From NCBI GenBank assembly GCA_029260795.1, contig JAJDCO010000055.1, forward strand, positions 322 through 64,321: 64,000 nt of DNA, given 5' to 3'. How positions within the stretch are numbered: position 1 is the stretch's first letter; every line of letters begins with the position of its first letter. The DNA comes from Planctomycetota bacterium. Its GTDB lineage: Bacteria > Planctomycetota > OFTM77. Of the stretch, positions 17,552 through 27,945 are shown one piece after another. The position numbers and the translations under genes are program-made. The notes under the pieces were generated by a model. It searched no databases. It was not told the DNA's origin and saw only the letters and a program-made list of their open reading frames with translations.

Positions 17552-19891
17552 TCAGCGCCCGGCCGCAAGCGGCTCCAGACGGCGGGCACCGGAGGTGCCG
17601 AGCTCGCGTCGCCAGAACTCGAGCATCGTCGAGTACAGATGGATCCGAGCCGGCCGATCCGAGATGCCGTGCTTGCGCATCGGATAGAACATCATCTCGA
17701 AGCGCTTGTTGGCCTGGACCAGTGCCTCGATGAAGCGCCACGAGCTCTGCGGATGCACGTTGTCGTCGTAGGTGCCGTGCACGAGCAGGAGGCGCCCGTG
17801 GAGATCACCCGCGAAACGATTCAAGTTCGTACGCTCGTAACCCTCGACGTTCTCCTCCGGTCGCTTCATCGCGAACTCGGCCCATTTCGTGTCGTAGTAG
17901 TGCCAGTCGGTCACCGGGGCGACGGCGATCCCCGCCCGGAACTCCTCGCTCTGTGTCATCGCCAGCAGCGTGAAAGAGCCTCCGCCGCTCCAGCCCCAAA
18001 CGCCGACCCGCTCGGCATCGACGTCGGGACGAGCCTTCATGTGCCGCACCGCGTCGACCAAGTCGTTCAGCTCACCGTCGCCATTGAGCTGGCCGAGCAC
18101 CGTGCTCTCGAGCGTCTTGCTGATGGCGGTCGCGCTTCGGTTGTCGACCCGCAGCACCAAGAAGCCATCTCCCACCAGGATCTGGTCCCAGAGGCTCCAA
18201 CCACTCCAAGCGTTGGCGACGTTCGGCGCTGAAGGGCCCCCGTAGATGTCCAGGATGAGCGGGTAGGAGCGACTCGGGTCGTAGTCGGCCGGCTTCATCA
18301 GGCAGGCCGGCATCTCGAAGCCGTCGCGGGCCTCGATCGTGAACAGCTCCGGGTATACCAAGCCGAGATCCTGGGCCAAGTCGACGCGAGGCGGGCTGAG
18401 CTCGCGAAGCAGGCGCCCGTCGCCCGCGCACAGCTCCATGCGGGGCGGCGTGCTCAGATCCGACCAGGCGTCGACGAAGTAGGCCCCGTCCGGTCGCGCC
18501 GTGATGCGATGAGTGCCGGCATTTCGGGTCAAGCGCTGCCGCTCGGAGCCGTCGAGCCGCACGCGGTACAGATGTCGCTCGATCGAGGAGTCGGCTTGTC
18601 CCGTGAAGAGCACCCAACCGCGCGCCTCGTCGACGGCGGCGATCGACTGGCTCACCCAGAACGCACCTGCCGAGCTGCGGACCGACCAGTTGCCCTGCGT
18701 CAGCGCCGCCCGCAGCTCGCCCCGATCCGAGTAACGGTAGAGATGCGTGTACCCGGTGCGCTCGGACGACCACAGGAACTCGCGGCCTCCATCGAGGAAG
18801 ACGAGGTCGTCGTGGATGTTGATCCAGGCGGGGTCGGTCTCGTGCAAGATCGGTGTGATCTCGCTCGAGACGGGATCGACCCACGACAGGTCGAGGCGCT
18901 GTTGATCGCGCGTCATCGTTTGCACGGCCAGGCGCTGGCCATCGGGAAGCCACTGAACGCGGACGACGTACTCGTGAGGCACCGCGCTCAGGTCGATCCA
19001 ATGCCGATGGTCTCCATCGGCTCCGACCACACCCAAGCGCACGCTCGGGTTGGTCGTGCCCGCCTTCGGGTAACGCTGCTCGATGAGGCGGGGCCAGACG
19101 GGCTCGGGGTCGAGGAAGTAGGCAATGCCCACCTCCGACTCGTCGGTCTGAAGGAAGACGATCGATCGCGAGTCGGGCGACCACCAGTAGCCGATGTCCC
19201 GGCGCCCGAAGATCTCCTCCCAGTAGACCCAGGAGAGCGTTCCGTTGAGCAGCGTCTCGGAGCCGTCGCGCGTGAGGCGGTGCTCGACGCTCTCGAAGAG
19301 ATCGAAGCTGTAGAGATCCTGATCGCGCACGAACGCGACGAACCGGCCGTCGGGTGAGAAGCGCGGCGACTTCTCCTCGGCCCGGGTGGAGGTGACGCGG
19401 CGGAAGCGGCTCGCTTCGAGGTCGAGCACGAACAGGTCCCCACCGAATCGGTAGGCGGCTCGCTTCCCATCGGCCGAGAAGTCGATCGGCCATTCGAGCG
19501 TCTCTCCGATATCACCGTCGACGAGCGCCTTCAACGAGCGCAGTGCGGCCGACGCGTCGACAGCGGGCGTACGCTCTCCCGTGGTCGGATCGAGCCGCTC
19601 GAGCGTCCGCTCGGATGCCGGGCGTCGCGGATCGAGGAGCAGGGCTCGCCCGTCTCGGCACCAGGTGAGCTCCGGGAGCGCCGTGAGCGCCGCCGCCTCT
19701 TCGCCGACCATCCATGGCACATCGATTCTCGACGGCTCGGTGACGGATGTCGTCGCCTCCCGAGGCGGTGAGATCTCGACGTCGGAGGTGACCGAGAAGG
19801 CCTCGGCGCCGGCAGGCGCTTCGCAGGCCGCGAGAATCGAGAGCCAGGCGAGGCCGCTGACCCAGATCGCGAATGACATCGCCGCTCTCAC
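17552..19891 (-). CDS. S9B dipeptidyl peptidase IV family lipoprotein
   Basis: LAAC lipobox, WVYWEE, WWSPD, YPKAG, YGGP, GWSGGG, HGTYDDNVH. Confidence 0.9.
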   Translation of the reverse strand: MRAAMSFAIWVSGLAWLSILAACEAPAGAEAFSVTSDVEISPPREATTSVTEPSRIDVPWMVGEEAAALTALPELTWCRDGRALLLDPRRPASERTLERLDPTTGERTPAVDASAALRSLKALVDGDIGETLEWPIDFSADGKRAAYRFGGDLFVLDLEASRFRRVTSTRAEEKSPRFSPDGRFVAFVRDQDLYSFDLFESVEHRLTRDGSETLLNGTLSWVYWEEIFGRRDIGYWWSPDSRSIVFLQTDESEVGIAYFLDPEPVWPRLIEQRYPKAGTTNPSVRLGVVGADGDHRHWIDLSAVPHEYVVRVQWLPDGQRLAVQTMTRDQQRLDLSWVDPVSSEITPILHETDPAWINIHDDLVFLDGGREFLWSSERTGYTHLYRYSDRGELRAALTQGNWSVRSSAGAFWVSQSIAAVDEARGWVLFTGQADSSIERHLYRVRLDGSERQRLTRNAGTHRITARPDGAYFVDAWSDLSTPPRMELCAGDGRLLRELSPPRVDLAQDLGLVYPELFTIEARDGFEMPACLMKPADYDPSRSYPLILDIYGGPSAPNVANAWSGWSLWDQILVGDGFLVLRVDNRSATAISKTLESTVLGQLNGDGELNDLVDAVRHMKARPDVDAERVGVWGWSGGGSFTLLAMTQSEEFRAGIAVAPVTDWHYYDTKWAEFAMKRPEENVEGYERTNLNRFAGDLHGRLLLVHGTYDDNVHPQSSWRFIEALVQANKRFEMMFYPMRKHGISDRPARIHLYSTMLEFWRRELGTSGARRLEPLAAGR

Positions 19892-19904
19892 GATGCGCTC
19901 TCCT

Positions 19905-20432
19905 TCAAGTGAGGGGCGCCAGCCAGTAGAGGCCGGCGAAGAGGTTCGATTCGATGGCCATGCCCTGCGCTTCGGCGGATCGAAGAAACGCCGCCACCTC
20001 GGGCAACGGGACCGCGTGGACGATGATGTCCTCGGAGTCGTCTCCCCCACCCGGTCCGACTCGCGTCAGATCGTGGGCGCGGAAGAGATGGCGCTCTTCA
20101 GCCGTCAAGCCCGAGGACGTCTGAGTGACGTTGACGAGCTCGAGTCGACCCGCCCGCCAGCCGGTCTCCTCTTCGAGCTCACGAGCCGCCGCGGTCGCGA
20201 AATCCTCCCCGACGAATGACGGATCGTCGCCGACCAAGCCGGCCGGCAACGCCATCACCTGTCGCCCGACCGCCGGCCGGGGCTGCTCGACCAGCAGCAG
20301 CTCGCCCTCGGGTGTCACGGCCAGAATCACGACGACACCATTCGACCCGACTCGCTCGACGTACTCCCAGCCGTTTCGATCGATGAGCCTTAGATAGCGT
20401 CCCTCGCCCAGAAGCCTGGCATGGTCGGTCAT
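19905..20432 (-). CDS. NUDIX hydrolase (ADP-ribose pyrophosphatase-like)
   Basis: LPAGLVGD...AAARELEEETG Nudix box; VEQPRP. Confidence 0.88.
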   Translation of the reverse strand: MTDHARLLGEGRYLRLIDRNGWEYVERVGSNGVVVILAVTPEGELLLVEQPRPAVGRQVMALPAGLVGDDPSFVGEDFATAAARELEEETGWRAGRLELVNVTQTSSGLTAEERHLFRAHDLTRVGPGGGDDSEDIIVHAVPLPEVAAFLRSAEAQGMAIESNLFAGLYWLAPLT

Positions 20433-20633
20433 GAGCTCCCTCGGCGAATGGGACAATTCTGGCGAGCAATTGACATGGTGCGCGAGAGTATCCGAGGCGA
20501 GATCGGCCGTCAAACGGGCGGTGCGGTCGAGCGGCTGCCTCCGGCACCCCAGCAAGCCCTGGCATTGACGTGCGTCCTCCGGTGAGATGGGTCCAGTCCT
20601 CCAGCGTCCTCCATCACCGATCGGTTGCGAAGA

Positions 20634-22529
20634 ATGATGCTTTCGCCCGCACGACTCCAAATCGGAACCAGCCTCCTCATCGTCTGCTCGATGGTGGCCG
20701 AAGTCGGTCGCGCTCAGGAGACCAGGATCTCGCGACTGGGCGAGTATCGGGGCTACTCGAGCGCCCGCTACGATGGCTGGTCGTCCGCGTCTCGCTACGT
20801 CACGGTCCGCGACCGAACACGGCTCGCCATGGACCTCTTTCGGCCCACTCGAAATGGCGAGCATGCCGTCGAGAGGGTCCCGGTGGTGTGGACGCATCAT
20901 CGGTACCTGCGCAGCATGACGCTCGGAGTGTCATCGCTCACGGTCCTCGACACGATACCGTGGCTGAAGGAGCTGCTGCAGCACGGATACGCCGTCGCCG
21001 CCATCGACATCCGGGGCACGGGCGGGTCCTTTGGCGTCTACGAAGGCCTCTTCACGCCCAACGAGGCGCGCGATGCCTTCGACATCACCGAATGGCTGGC
21101 CGCCCAGCCCTGGTGCTCGGGCAAGGTCGGCATGTATGGACGCTCCTACCTCGGAGTGACGCAGTACCTCGCCGCTGCCGAGAAGCCGCCGCACCTGGTC
21201 GCGATCTTCCCCGAGATGGCGCCCTTCGACCTGTACGACTTCATCTACCCGGGCGGCATCTACCGCCACGATCTGCTCGAGCAATGGAGCGCGATCGTCC
21301 ATCAGCTCGACCGCCCCGGTGCCTCGACCCGGCGTCCTTCGTCGGTGGCGGGCGCTTGGTCCCTGACACGCGTTCGACCGGTCGACGGCCCCGAGGGAGC
21401 CGAGCTGCTGAAAGCCGCGCTGGAGCAGCATCTCCGCAATCGCGACCTGGCCGACATCTTCGAGCCCCTCGCCTTCCGCGACGACAGGGACCCGGTCTCG
21501 AAGGCGCGGCCCTACCGAGACTGGAGCCCGGCCGAGCGGATCGCGGACATCAACGCGTCGGGAGTCGCGGTCTACACGATGGGAGGCTGGCTCGACCTGT
21601 TCACACGCGATGCCCTACTGTGGACGGCCAACCTCACGGGACCGAAGAAGCTCGTCATCGGCCCCTGGGCGCATACGGAGCAGCAGGGTCTCGACCAGGC
21701 GGACGAGCGCTTGCGGTGGTTTGATCATTTCCTCAAAGGGGTCGACAATGGCATTCTGGACGAGCCGAGCATTCACTACTGGCTGATGGGAGCTCCCGAG
21801 GGGCAGGCCTGGCAGTCGACCGACCAGTGGCCGCTCGCCACGGAGTCTCGTCAGAGCTTCTACTTCGCTTCCGGCCCCTCCGGGACCATCGACTCGGTCA
21901 ACGACGGTCGTCTGCGGCCGGATGCGCCCACCGAGGAGGAGGCTCTCGATCGCTACACGGTCGACTACTCGACGACCTCGGGCAAGCCGTCCCGATGGAG
22001 CAACGGCTACGGGGATGGGGCCCAAGGCTTTGCCTACCGCGACCTCCGACCGAGCTCACGACGCAGCGTGACGTACACCAGCGACCCGCTTCCAGCCGAT
22101 GCCGAGATCACCGGACACCCGATCGTGACGCTGTGGCTCGACTCCGCCGCTCATGACCTCGACGTCTTCGTACGTCTCGAGGAGGTCGATGCCGAAGGCG
22201 TCCCGCACTACGTGACCGAAGGTGCGCTGCGCGCCTCGCATCGCGCGACGAGTGAGCCGCCCGTCGCGATGCTCGGCTTGCCGTATCGATCCCATCGGCA
22301 GAAGGACATTCGCGCGCTTCCCGAGGAGCCGGTCGAGCTGGTCTTCGACCTGATCCCGCTGTCGAACCTTTTCGATCGCGGTCATCGGATCCGCATCACG
22401 ATCAGCGGCGCCGACGCCGAGAATACACGCACGCCCGCTCAAGACCCGCCGCCCGAGCTTCGGTTGCATCGGAGCACCGGGCGAGCCTCCCATGTCGAGC
22501 TCCCCTTCATCCGAGCGGAGAAGCGGTGA
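20634..22529 (+). CDS. CocE/NonD family hydrolase (S15), secreted
   Basis: DIRGTGGSFG, QPWCSGKVGMYGRSYLG, GGWLDLF, IGPWAH, PepX-like C-terminal domain. Confidence 0.9.
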   Translation: MMLSPARLQIGTSLLIVCSMVAEVGRAQETRISRLGEYRGYSSARYDGWSSASRYVTVRDRTRLAMDLFRPTRNGEHAVERVPVVWTHHRYLRSMTLGVSSLTVLDTIPWLKELLQHGYAVAAIDIRGTGGSFGVYEGLFTPNEARDAFDITEWLAAQPWCSGKVGMYGRSYLGVTQYLAAAEKPPHLVAIFPEMAPFDLYDFIYPGGIYRHDLLEQWSAIVHQLDRPGASTRRPSSVAGAWSLTRVRPVDGPEGAELLKAALEQHLRNRDLADIFEPLAFRDDRDPVSKARPYRDWSPAERIADINASGVAVYTMGGWLDLFTRDALLWTANLTGPKKLVIGPWAHTEQQGLDQADERLRWFDHFLKGVDNGILDEPSIHYWLMGAPEGQAWQSTDQWPLATESRQSFYFASGPSGTIDSVNDGRLRPDAPTEEEALDRYTVDYSTTSGKPSRWSNGYGDGAQGFAYRDLRPSSRRSVTYTSDPLPADAEITGHPIVTLWLDSAAHDLDVFVRLEEVDAEGVPHYVTEGALRASHRATSEPPVAMLGLPYRSHRQKDIRALPEEPVELVFDLIPLSNLFDRGHRIRITISGADAENTRTPAQDPPPELRLHRSTGRASHVELPFIRAEKR

Positions 22530-23902
22530 GGGCGAACGACGACGGTCGATCGGTCGGCCAGGATGCGGACGTCCCCGCGGTCCTTCCTCGGCGTGTCTTC
22601 CTCGCGATCGCGGTCGCGGCGCAGGCGATCACGATCGGAATCACCTGGCCTCTGTGGCAGGTGCGCGACGCTCCTCCCAACCTCCCCTGGCTCGACTTGC
22701 CGCAGGTCTCCTACGGGCCGTTGCTCCTGATCACTCTCGCCGTCATGGGCTGGCGACCGGCCTTCGGGTGGTGGCTGCATGTCGCCTGCCTCGGTGCCGC
22801 GACCGCGTCCGACCAGCTTCGCGTGCAGCCTCAGATGATCTCGGTCCCGTTCCTGATGCTCCTGGCCTTCCGGTCCCCGAGCGCTCGCCTCCTCGGCCTC
22901 TCGCACCTTGGCGCGCTCTGGTTCTACTCGGGGTTTCACAAGCTTCTCAGCCCCCGATACTTCACCGAGGTCTCCGGCTGGATGCTCAAGGTCTTCTATC
23001 CGAGTGCCCCCGAAGCGCTGGCGACCGCGACCGGCGCGATGATCGCCTTCGTCGAGATCACGATCGGCGTGCTCGTCTTCATTCCGGCGCTGCGTCGCAC
23101 CGTGGCCGTGGCCGCCCTCGCGCTTCATCTGGGCATCCTGCTGACGCTCTCGCCACTCGGCGCCTTTCACAACGAATCCATCTGGTCGTGGAACCTCGTG
23201 CTCGCCGCCGTTGGGCCATTGATCCTCTGGCGCTGGCCGCAGATCCTCCGGGCTCAGGTCCGGAGCGCACGCCACTGGGCACGAGCCCTCGCCGCCGCCT
23301 GGCTGGTCTTGCCCCTGGGCTACTATGCTGGCGTCCACGCGCATCTCTGCTTCTGCCTCTATACGAAGAACAAGCCGATGGCTTGGATCGAGCGCCCCGG
23401 CTGGACTCGGGCACGCGTCGGCTTCTGGAAGGAGATGCAGGTCCCCATCCCTCCGGCACACGGAACGATCGCTGCGTACTTCCGTGCCGTGGCGCAGCCG
23501 GGCGATCGGGTCGAAGTCGTCGACGAGCGCGGCTGGGCGCGCGGGCGCGGGCTCGATCACTACTGGCTGTCATACGAAATCGAGCGAGGCCTGCCACAAG
23601 CGCTGCTGCAAGAGCTCGGAGCCGGCAAGATGGAGCCGCACTCGGGCCCGCAGGAAAGTATCTTGTACCGCATCGACTTGTCGGGGGCGTCCATCGACGA
23701 TGCCGCCCTCCAGCGCCTCGCCGCGCTCGAGGGCCTCGTCGAGCTGGACGTGCGCGGGACTCCCGTCACCGATACCGGGCTACTGGCGCTGCTCGCGGCC
23801 CCGAAGCTCGAGCGACTTCGAATCCACGGCACCGGCATCTCCTCGGAAGCCCGATCCCTGTTTCACCGAGAGCGGCCCGATGTCACCCTCGATCCGGAAT
23901 GA
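22526..23902 (+). CDS. Multi-TM DoxX/MauE-like membrane protein with C-terminal leucine-rich repeats
   Basis: WFYSGFHKL, EITIG, LHLGILLTLSP...HNESIWSWN; tail IDLSGASIDDAALQRL, LDVRGTPVTDTGL, LRIHGTGIS. Confidence 0.65.
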   Translation: MRANDDGRSVGQDADVPAVLPRRVFLAIAVAAQAITIGITWPLWQVRDAPPNLPWLDLPQVSYGPLLLITLAVMGWRPAFGWWLHVACLGAATASDQLRVQPQMISVPFLMLLAFRSPSARLLGLSHLGALWFYSGFHKLLSPRYFTEVSGWMLKVFYPSAPEALATATGAMIAFVEITIGVLVFIPALRRTVAVAALALHLGILLTLSPLGAFHNESIWSWNLVLAAVGPLILWRWPQILRAQVRSARHWARALAAAWLVLPLGYYAGVHAHLCFCLYTKNKPMAWIERPGWTRARVGFWKEMQVPIPPAHGTIAAYFRAVAQPGDRVEVVDERGWARGRGLDHYWLSYEIERGLPQALLQELGAGKMEPHSGPQESILYRIDLSGASIDDAALQRLAALEGLVELDVRGTPVTDTGLLALLAAPKLERLRIHGTGISSEARSLFHRERPDVTLDPE

Positions 23903-23938
23903 CCTCTCGTTGAGCTGAGACTCCAAGGGCTTTCTTCC

Positions 23939-24808
23939 ATGCCGAACCTGCACCTGATCGACGCGACCTATGAGCTCTTCCGCGCCCACTTCGGAGCGCC
24001 GCCGCGCACGGCACCCGACGGGGCACCGGTCGGGGCCGTTCACGGCCTCCTCGCCAGCCTCATCGCGATGATTCGCGACGAGGGCGTGACGCACCTCGGC
24101 TGCGCGACCGATCACGTCATCGAGTCGTGGCGCAACGAGCTCTGGCCCGGATACAAGTCCGGTGAAGGCGTGCCGGAGGATCTGATGGCTCAGTTCGAGC
24201 CCGCCGAAGAGGGGCTGCGCGCGCTCGGCGTGACGGTCTGGCCGATGGTGGAGCTCGAGGCCGACGACGGCATCGCGAGCGCCGTGGCGCGCTACCGCGA
24301 CGCCTTCGAGACGATCTGGATCTGCTCGCCCGACAAGGACTTCGCCCAGCTGGTCGAGGACCGCGTGCTGCTGGTCGATCGACGCCGCTCGATCGAGTAC
24401 GACACGGCGGGAGTTCGGGAGAAGTGGGGCGTTTCCCCCGCCTCTGTCCCCGACCTCCTCGCCTTGATGGGCGACTCCGCAGATGGCTTTCCCGGCCTCA
24501 AGGGTTGGGGAGCGAAAGGCTCCGCGACCGTGCTCGCCGAGTACGGTCACATCGAAGACATCCCACTCGACGCCGAGAGGTGGACGATCAAGGTCCGCGG
24601 CGCCGCTCGCCTCGCCGAGACCCTGCGCGAGAACCGTGACGAAGCGTTGCTCTTCAAGCGCCTGGCGACACTACGATCGGACGCCGCGATCGAAGAGCGA
24701 GTCGAAGACCTCTCGGTGGCTCATGTTCCCGGTCCGCACTTCGTCGCGTTCTGCGAAGCCCATGGATTCCCAAAGCTCGCCGAGCGAGCGGTGTATCGGA
24801 ACCGCTGA
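23939..24808 (+). CDS. Stand-alone 5'-3' exonuclease / flap endonuclease
   Basis: LIDATYELFR, EADDGIAS, SPDKDFAQL, ALMGDSADGFPGLKGWGAK (H3TH); no polymerase domain. Confidence 0.9.
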   Translation: MPNLHLIDATYELFRAHFGAPPRTAPDGAPVGAVHGLLASLIAMIRDEGVTHLGCATDHVIESWRNELWPGYKSGEGVPEDLMAQFEPAEEGLRALGVTVWPMVELEADDGIASAVARYRDAFETIWICSPDKDFAQLVEDRVLLVDRRRSIEYDTAGVREKWGVSPASVPDLLALMGDSADGFPGLKGWGAKGSATVLAEYGHIEDIPLDAERWTIKVRGAARLAETLRENRDEALLFKRLATLRSDAAIEERVEDLSVAHVPGPHFVAFCEAHGFPKLAERAVYRNR

Positions 24809-24857
24809 CGGAGAATCCGAGCCGTCATCGGCTCGGAGGCACTCGCCGCTCGGATTC

Positions 24858-26039
24858 CTACCAGCACCGGATCGGACGCCAGGCGTCGATGATCTCGTTG
24901 CCGCGAACGACGTGATACACGTCGAACAAGGCGGCGGTCAGGCAGGAGTGATTCGGGAGGATACGGAGCGGCGAGCCAACGGGGAAGGCCGACAGCGCGT
25001 CAGCCTTCGGAACGATCACCTGTCCGTGCTCTTGGGAGAGCGACGTGATCTTCCAGTCGGGATACTCCGTCCCGCCATCGACCGACACGACGCGTCCGAA
25101 GCCTCCGTCCGGAAAGACGTGGCTCGCACCCAGGTCCTTCGAAAGGGCGAGTGCTCCGGCATTAATCAGGAGCTTGCGTTGCTCGGGATAGTGTCCGACC
25201 ACGGTGGCCAGCACCGAGAACGCGACGTCCTCGCGTCGGCAGGCACCGACCGCGACCTGGAACAGATCGAAGAAGGCGTAGTTTCCCGGTCGGACCTCGG
25301 TCACGCCTTCGAGATGCTCGGCCGGAACGCAGAGCGTCGGCGTCGAGCCGAGGCTGACCGTCGGGACCTCGATCCCCGCTTGGCGAAGCCTCCGGGCGAA
25401 GGCCACCACCTCGTCGCGCTCTTGCCGCGACACGATCCGGATCTCGTCGGGTGTGCGCGCATCGTAGGAGTGTCCCGCATGCGTGAGCACACCGCGAAAG
25501 TCGATACCCGGTGTTGCAACGATCCGTTGCGCCAATGCCAAGGACTCGGGGTCCCGAGGATCGACGCCGGCGCGATGATAGCCGCAGTCGACCTTCAGCA
25601 GCACCGACAGCGGTCGCCCGCGCCGAGCCGTCTCCTCTTCGACGCGAGCGCGCGTGACCTCGTGATCGAGGAGGACCTGGAACTGATCGACACGGTCGGC
25701 GAGCCCGAAGACCTCGTCCAGCTGGCCTGGCGGCAGAGGGAACGCCCACGTGATGTCGCGAAACCCGTGATCGGCGAAGAAGCGTGCCTCGGCGAGGGTC
25801 GACACCGTGACACCGCCGAAGTGTCCACGCACCTGAAGCCTTCCGACCTCGATGCACTTGTGCGTCTTGAGATGCGGTCGCAGCGCGACGCCCAGCCGCG
25901 AGGCCGTCTCGGCCATGCGGCTGGTGTTTCGCTCGACGATCTCCGCATCGACGAGCGCGCAGGGTGTCTTCAGCTCAGAGAGCGCAGGCGCCACGTCGTG
26001 CGCCTTCGACGGGGCGCCTTCCTGGGACGCCTCGCTCAC
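24858..26039 (-). CDS. DSD1/D-threonine aldolase family PLP enzyme (alanine racemase fold)
   Basis: RPHLKTHK, HRAGV, THAGHSY, GSTPT, RPGNYAFFD, SQEHG, PNHSCLT. Confidence 0.88.
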   Translation of the reverse strand: MSEASQEGAPSKAHDVAPALSELKTPCALVDAEIVERNTSRMAETASRLGVALRPHLKTHKCIEVGRLQVRGHFGGVTVSTLAEARFFADHGFRDITWAFPLPPGQLDEVFGLADRVDQFQVLLDHEVTRARVEEETARRGRPLSVLLKVDCGYHRAGVDPRDPESLALAQRIVATPGIDFRGVLTHAGHSYDARTPDEIRIVSRQERDEVVAFARRLRQAGIEVPTVSLGSTPTLCVPAEHLEGVTEVRPGNYAFFDLFQVAVGACRREDVAFSVLATVVGHYPEQRKLLINAGALALSKDLGASHVFPDGGFGRVVSVDGGTEYPDWKITSLSQEHGQVIVPKADALSAFPVGSPLRILPNHSCLTAALFDVYHVVRGNEIIDAWRPIRCW

Positions 26040-27811
26040 TGGATCTCGATGCGCTCCCAGTTGGTCAGGCCGCCCGTCCCCGGTCCGCTGAAGAACGTCT
26101 GCACCTCCTGGAGGTAACCGACCTTACCGATCAGCGCCGGGTTGTTCGGGATACTGGCGATGTCGGTCGCCTGGCCGGACAGATCCAGGTTCCCAATGCG
26201 AATGCAGAAGAACGGAGCGTTCAGGAACAGGTACCCGAACGGCGGCACGGCGACCGGATCGGACGCGAGCGAGTAGCCGAGCAGAATGCAGTACGGATCG
26301 CCGGCGGCCCCTTCACTGTCGACTTGAACGAATCCCCCGGGGGTCCAGCTACCGGTGGCTTCGATACGGGGCATGCCGAGCTGGGCGAGGGCGGCGCGGA
26401 CGTTCGGACGCGGCCCGATCTGGCCGCCGGCCCCTTGAGGCGTTCCGGTCGTCGTCAGCAGCGACCGCAGCGTCAGCGGATCGAGGTCGCTTCCGAAGAT
26501 GGCTCGATGAATCGCGCTCAGAATGATGCCCGAGCCGGTCACGATCGGCGTCGCGCTCGAGGTCCCGGAGAACGTCGCCGTGTACTCGTGCGGCTCCGAC
26601 GGGAAGCCTTCGGACCACAGATCGCCGTAGCCGCTGGTCACGACATTGAAGCCCCAGCCGTGCGCGTCGAGGCGCGTACCGAAGTTCGAGAAGCTCGCCT
26701 TGTCGAGTGACGAGCCGTTCGACGCACCCACCATCACCGCGCCCGAGTCTCGCACGTTGCGATCGAACTTGCCTCCGTAGGCGCCACTGTCGAGGTTGTT
26801 GTCCCCGTTTCCGGCCGCCGCGAACACGTGCACGCCATTGGCGGTCGCGGTCTGCACCGTGGCGAAGATGGAGTCGGTGTACTCGCAGGGATGCGGAGCC
26901 GGCGGTCCCGCGAAGCACTGCACTTCCAACACGACCACGTCGCCCGACCCGGCCGCGGCCGCTGCGTTCGCAATCGCGGTCGGAATGTTCGACGACGAGC
27001 CCAAGTGCGACGACATCAGGATGTCGCTGTCCGAGCAGATGCCCAGCACGCCGGTCGCGTTGTTCTCACCGACCAGCTCGCCGAGCACGGCCGTTCCGTG
27101 ATCCCACGGATACGGCGCCGGCGTCAGTCCCACGAAGTTCCCGAGTGCCTGGTGCTGGATGTCCTCGTGATCATCGGTCCAACCGGTCTCGACGTCGGCG
27201 ATCGTGATGCCGATGCCGCGTCCACCGGGAAACGTGTTGCCGTAGTCTGCGTCCACGCCCAGTGGAGCGACCTGCCGGTACCCTTGCTGCGACTCGAAGT
27301 CCGGAGCGATCAAGGCACCCGCCGACGGCGGTGGCCCGAGGCGCACGAGCGTGGGGTCGGAGACGCCCGCGGAAGGATAAGCGATCTCGACGATCTCGAA
27401 ACGATTCAGCAGGTCGCAGAGCTCACCGATCGGACCGGGCTCAGCCAGCTCGAAGCGATAGAACAGATTCAAATCGTGCAGCACGACACCGCTTCGCTCT
27501 TCCCCCTGCCGCCGCCACGCATCGAGCCACTCCTCCGACTGCGTCATCAGACGGCTCAGGTTGCCGTCGGCCGAGGCGAGCACCTCGTTCACCTGCCGGA
27601 TCTCACCGAACTCGCTCGCGAGCTCGCCTCTCCGCAGACGCACGTCGGATCCGTGCACGAACTTGATCTCCAGCATTCGGTCGGACTGACCGTTGCCGAC
27701 GAAGGTCTGCGTTGGCTTGGAGCCGAGCGGCGCCGGTCGATCACCTTGGGCGAAGGTCGTGACGGCCAAGACCGTGATGGCAGAGAGACTGACGAGGATC
27801 GCACGGAACAT
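26036..27811 (-). CDS. Secreted S8 subtilisin-like serine peptidase with C-terminal beta domain
   Basis: Signal peptide MFRAILVS; ADVETG (D), DHGTAVLG (H), AAAGNG, FSGTSSATP (S); GGAGA RBS. Confidence 0.9.
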   Translation of the reverse strand: MFRAILVSLSAITVLAVTTFAQGDRPAPLGSKPTQTFVGNGQSDRMLEIKFVHGSDVRLRRGELASEFGEIRQVNEVLASADGNLSRLMTQSEEWLDAWRRQGEERSGVVLHDLNLFYRFELAEPGPIGELCDLLNRFEIVEIAYPSAGVSDPTLVRLGPPPSAGALIAPDFESQQGYRQVAPLGVDADYGNTFPGGRGIGITIADVETGWTDDHEDIQHQALGNFVGLTPAPYPWDHGTAVLGELVGENNATGVLGICSDSDILMSSHLGSSSNIPTAIANAAAAAGSGDVVVLEVQCFAGPPAPHPCEYTDSIFATVQTATANGVHVFAAAGNGDNNLDSGAYGGKFDRNVRDSGAVMVGASNGSSLDKASFSNFGTRLDAHGWGFNVVTSGYGDLWSEGFPSEPHEYTATFSGTSSATPIVTGSGIILSAIHRAIFGSDLDPLTLRSLLTTTGTPQGAGGQIGPRPNVRAALAQLGMPRIEATGSWTPGGFVQVDSEGAAGDPYCILLGYSLASDPVAVPPFGYLFLNAPFFCIRIGNLDLSGQATDIASIPNNPALIGKVGYLQEVQTFFSGPGTGGLTNWERIEIQ

Positions 27812-27945
27812 GGGATTCTCCTGGGCTCGTTCGGGTCGGGATGCATGGCCCGCAGGCCACGGTCCGCAGCGCTCCAGCTTAACAACGGAGCGAGAGCCGG
27901 GTGAGAGAATCCTGAGGGAGGTCGGAGCGGATTGTGGAGCGGCGA

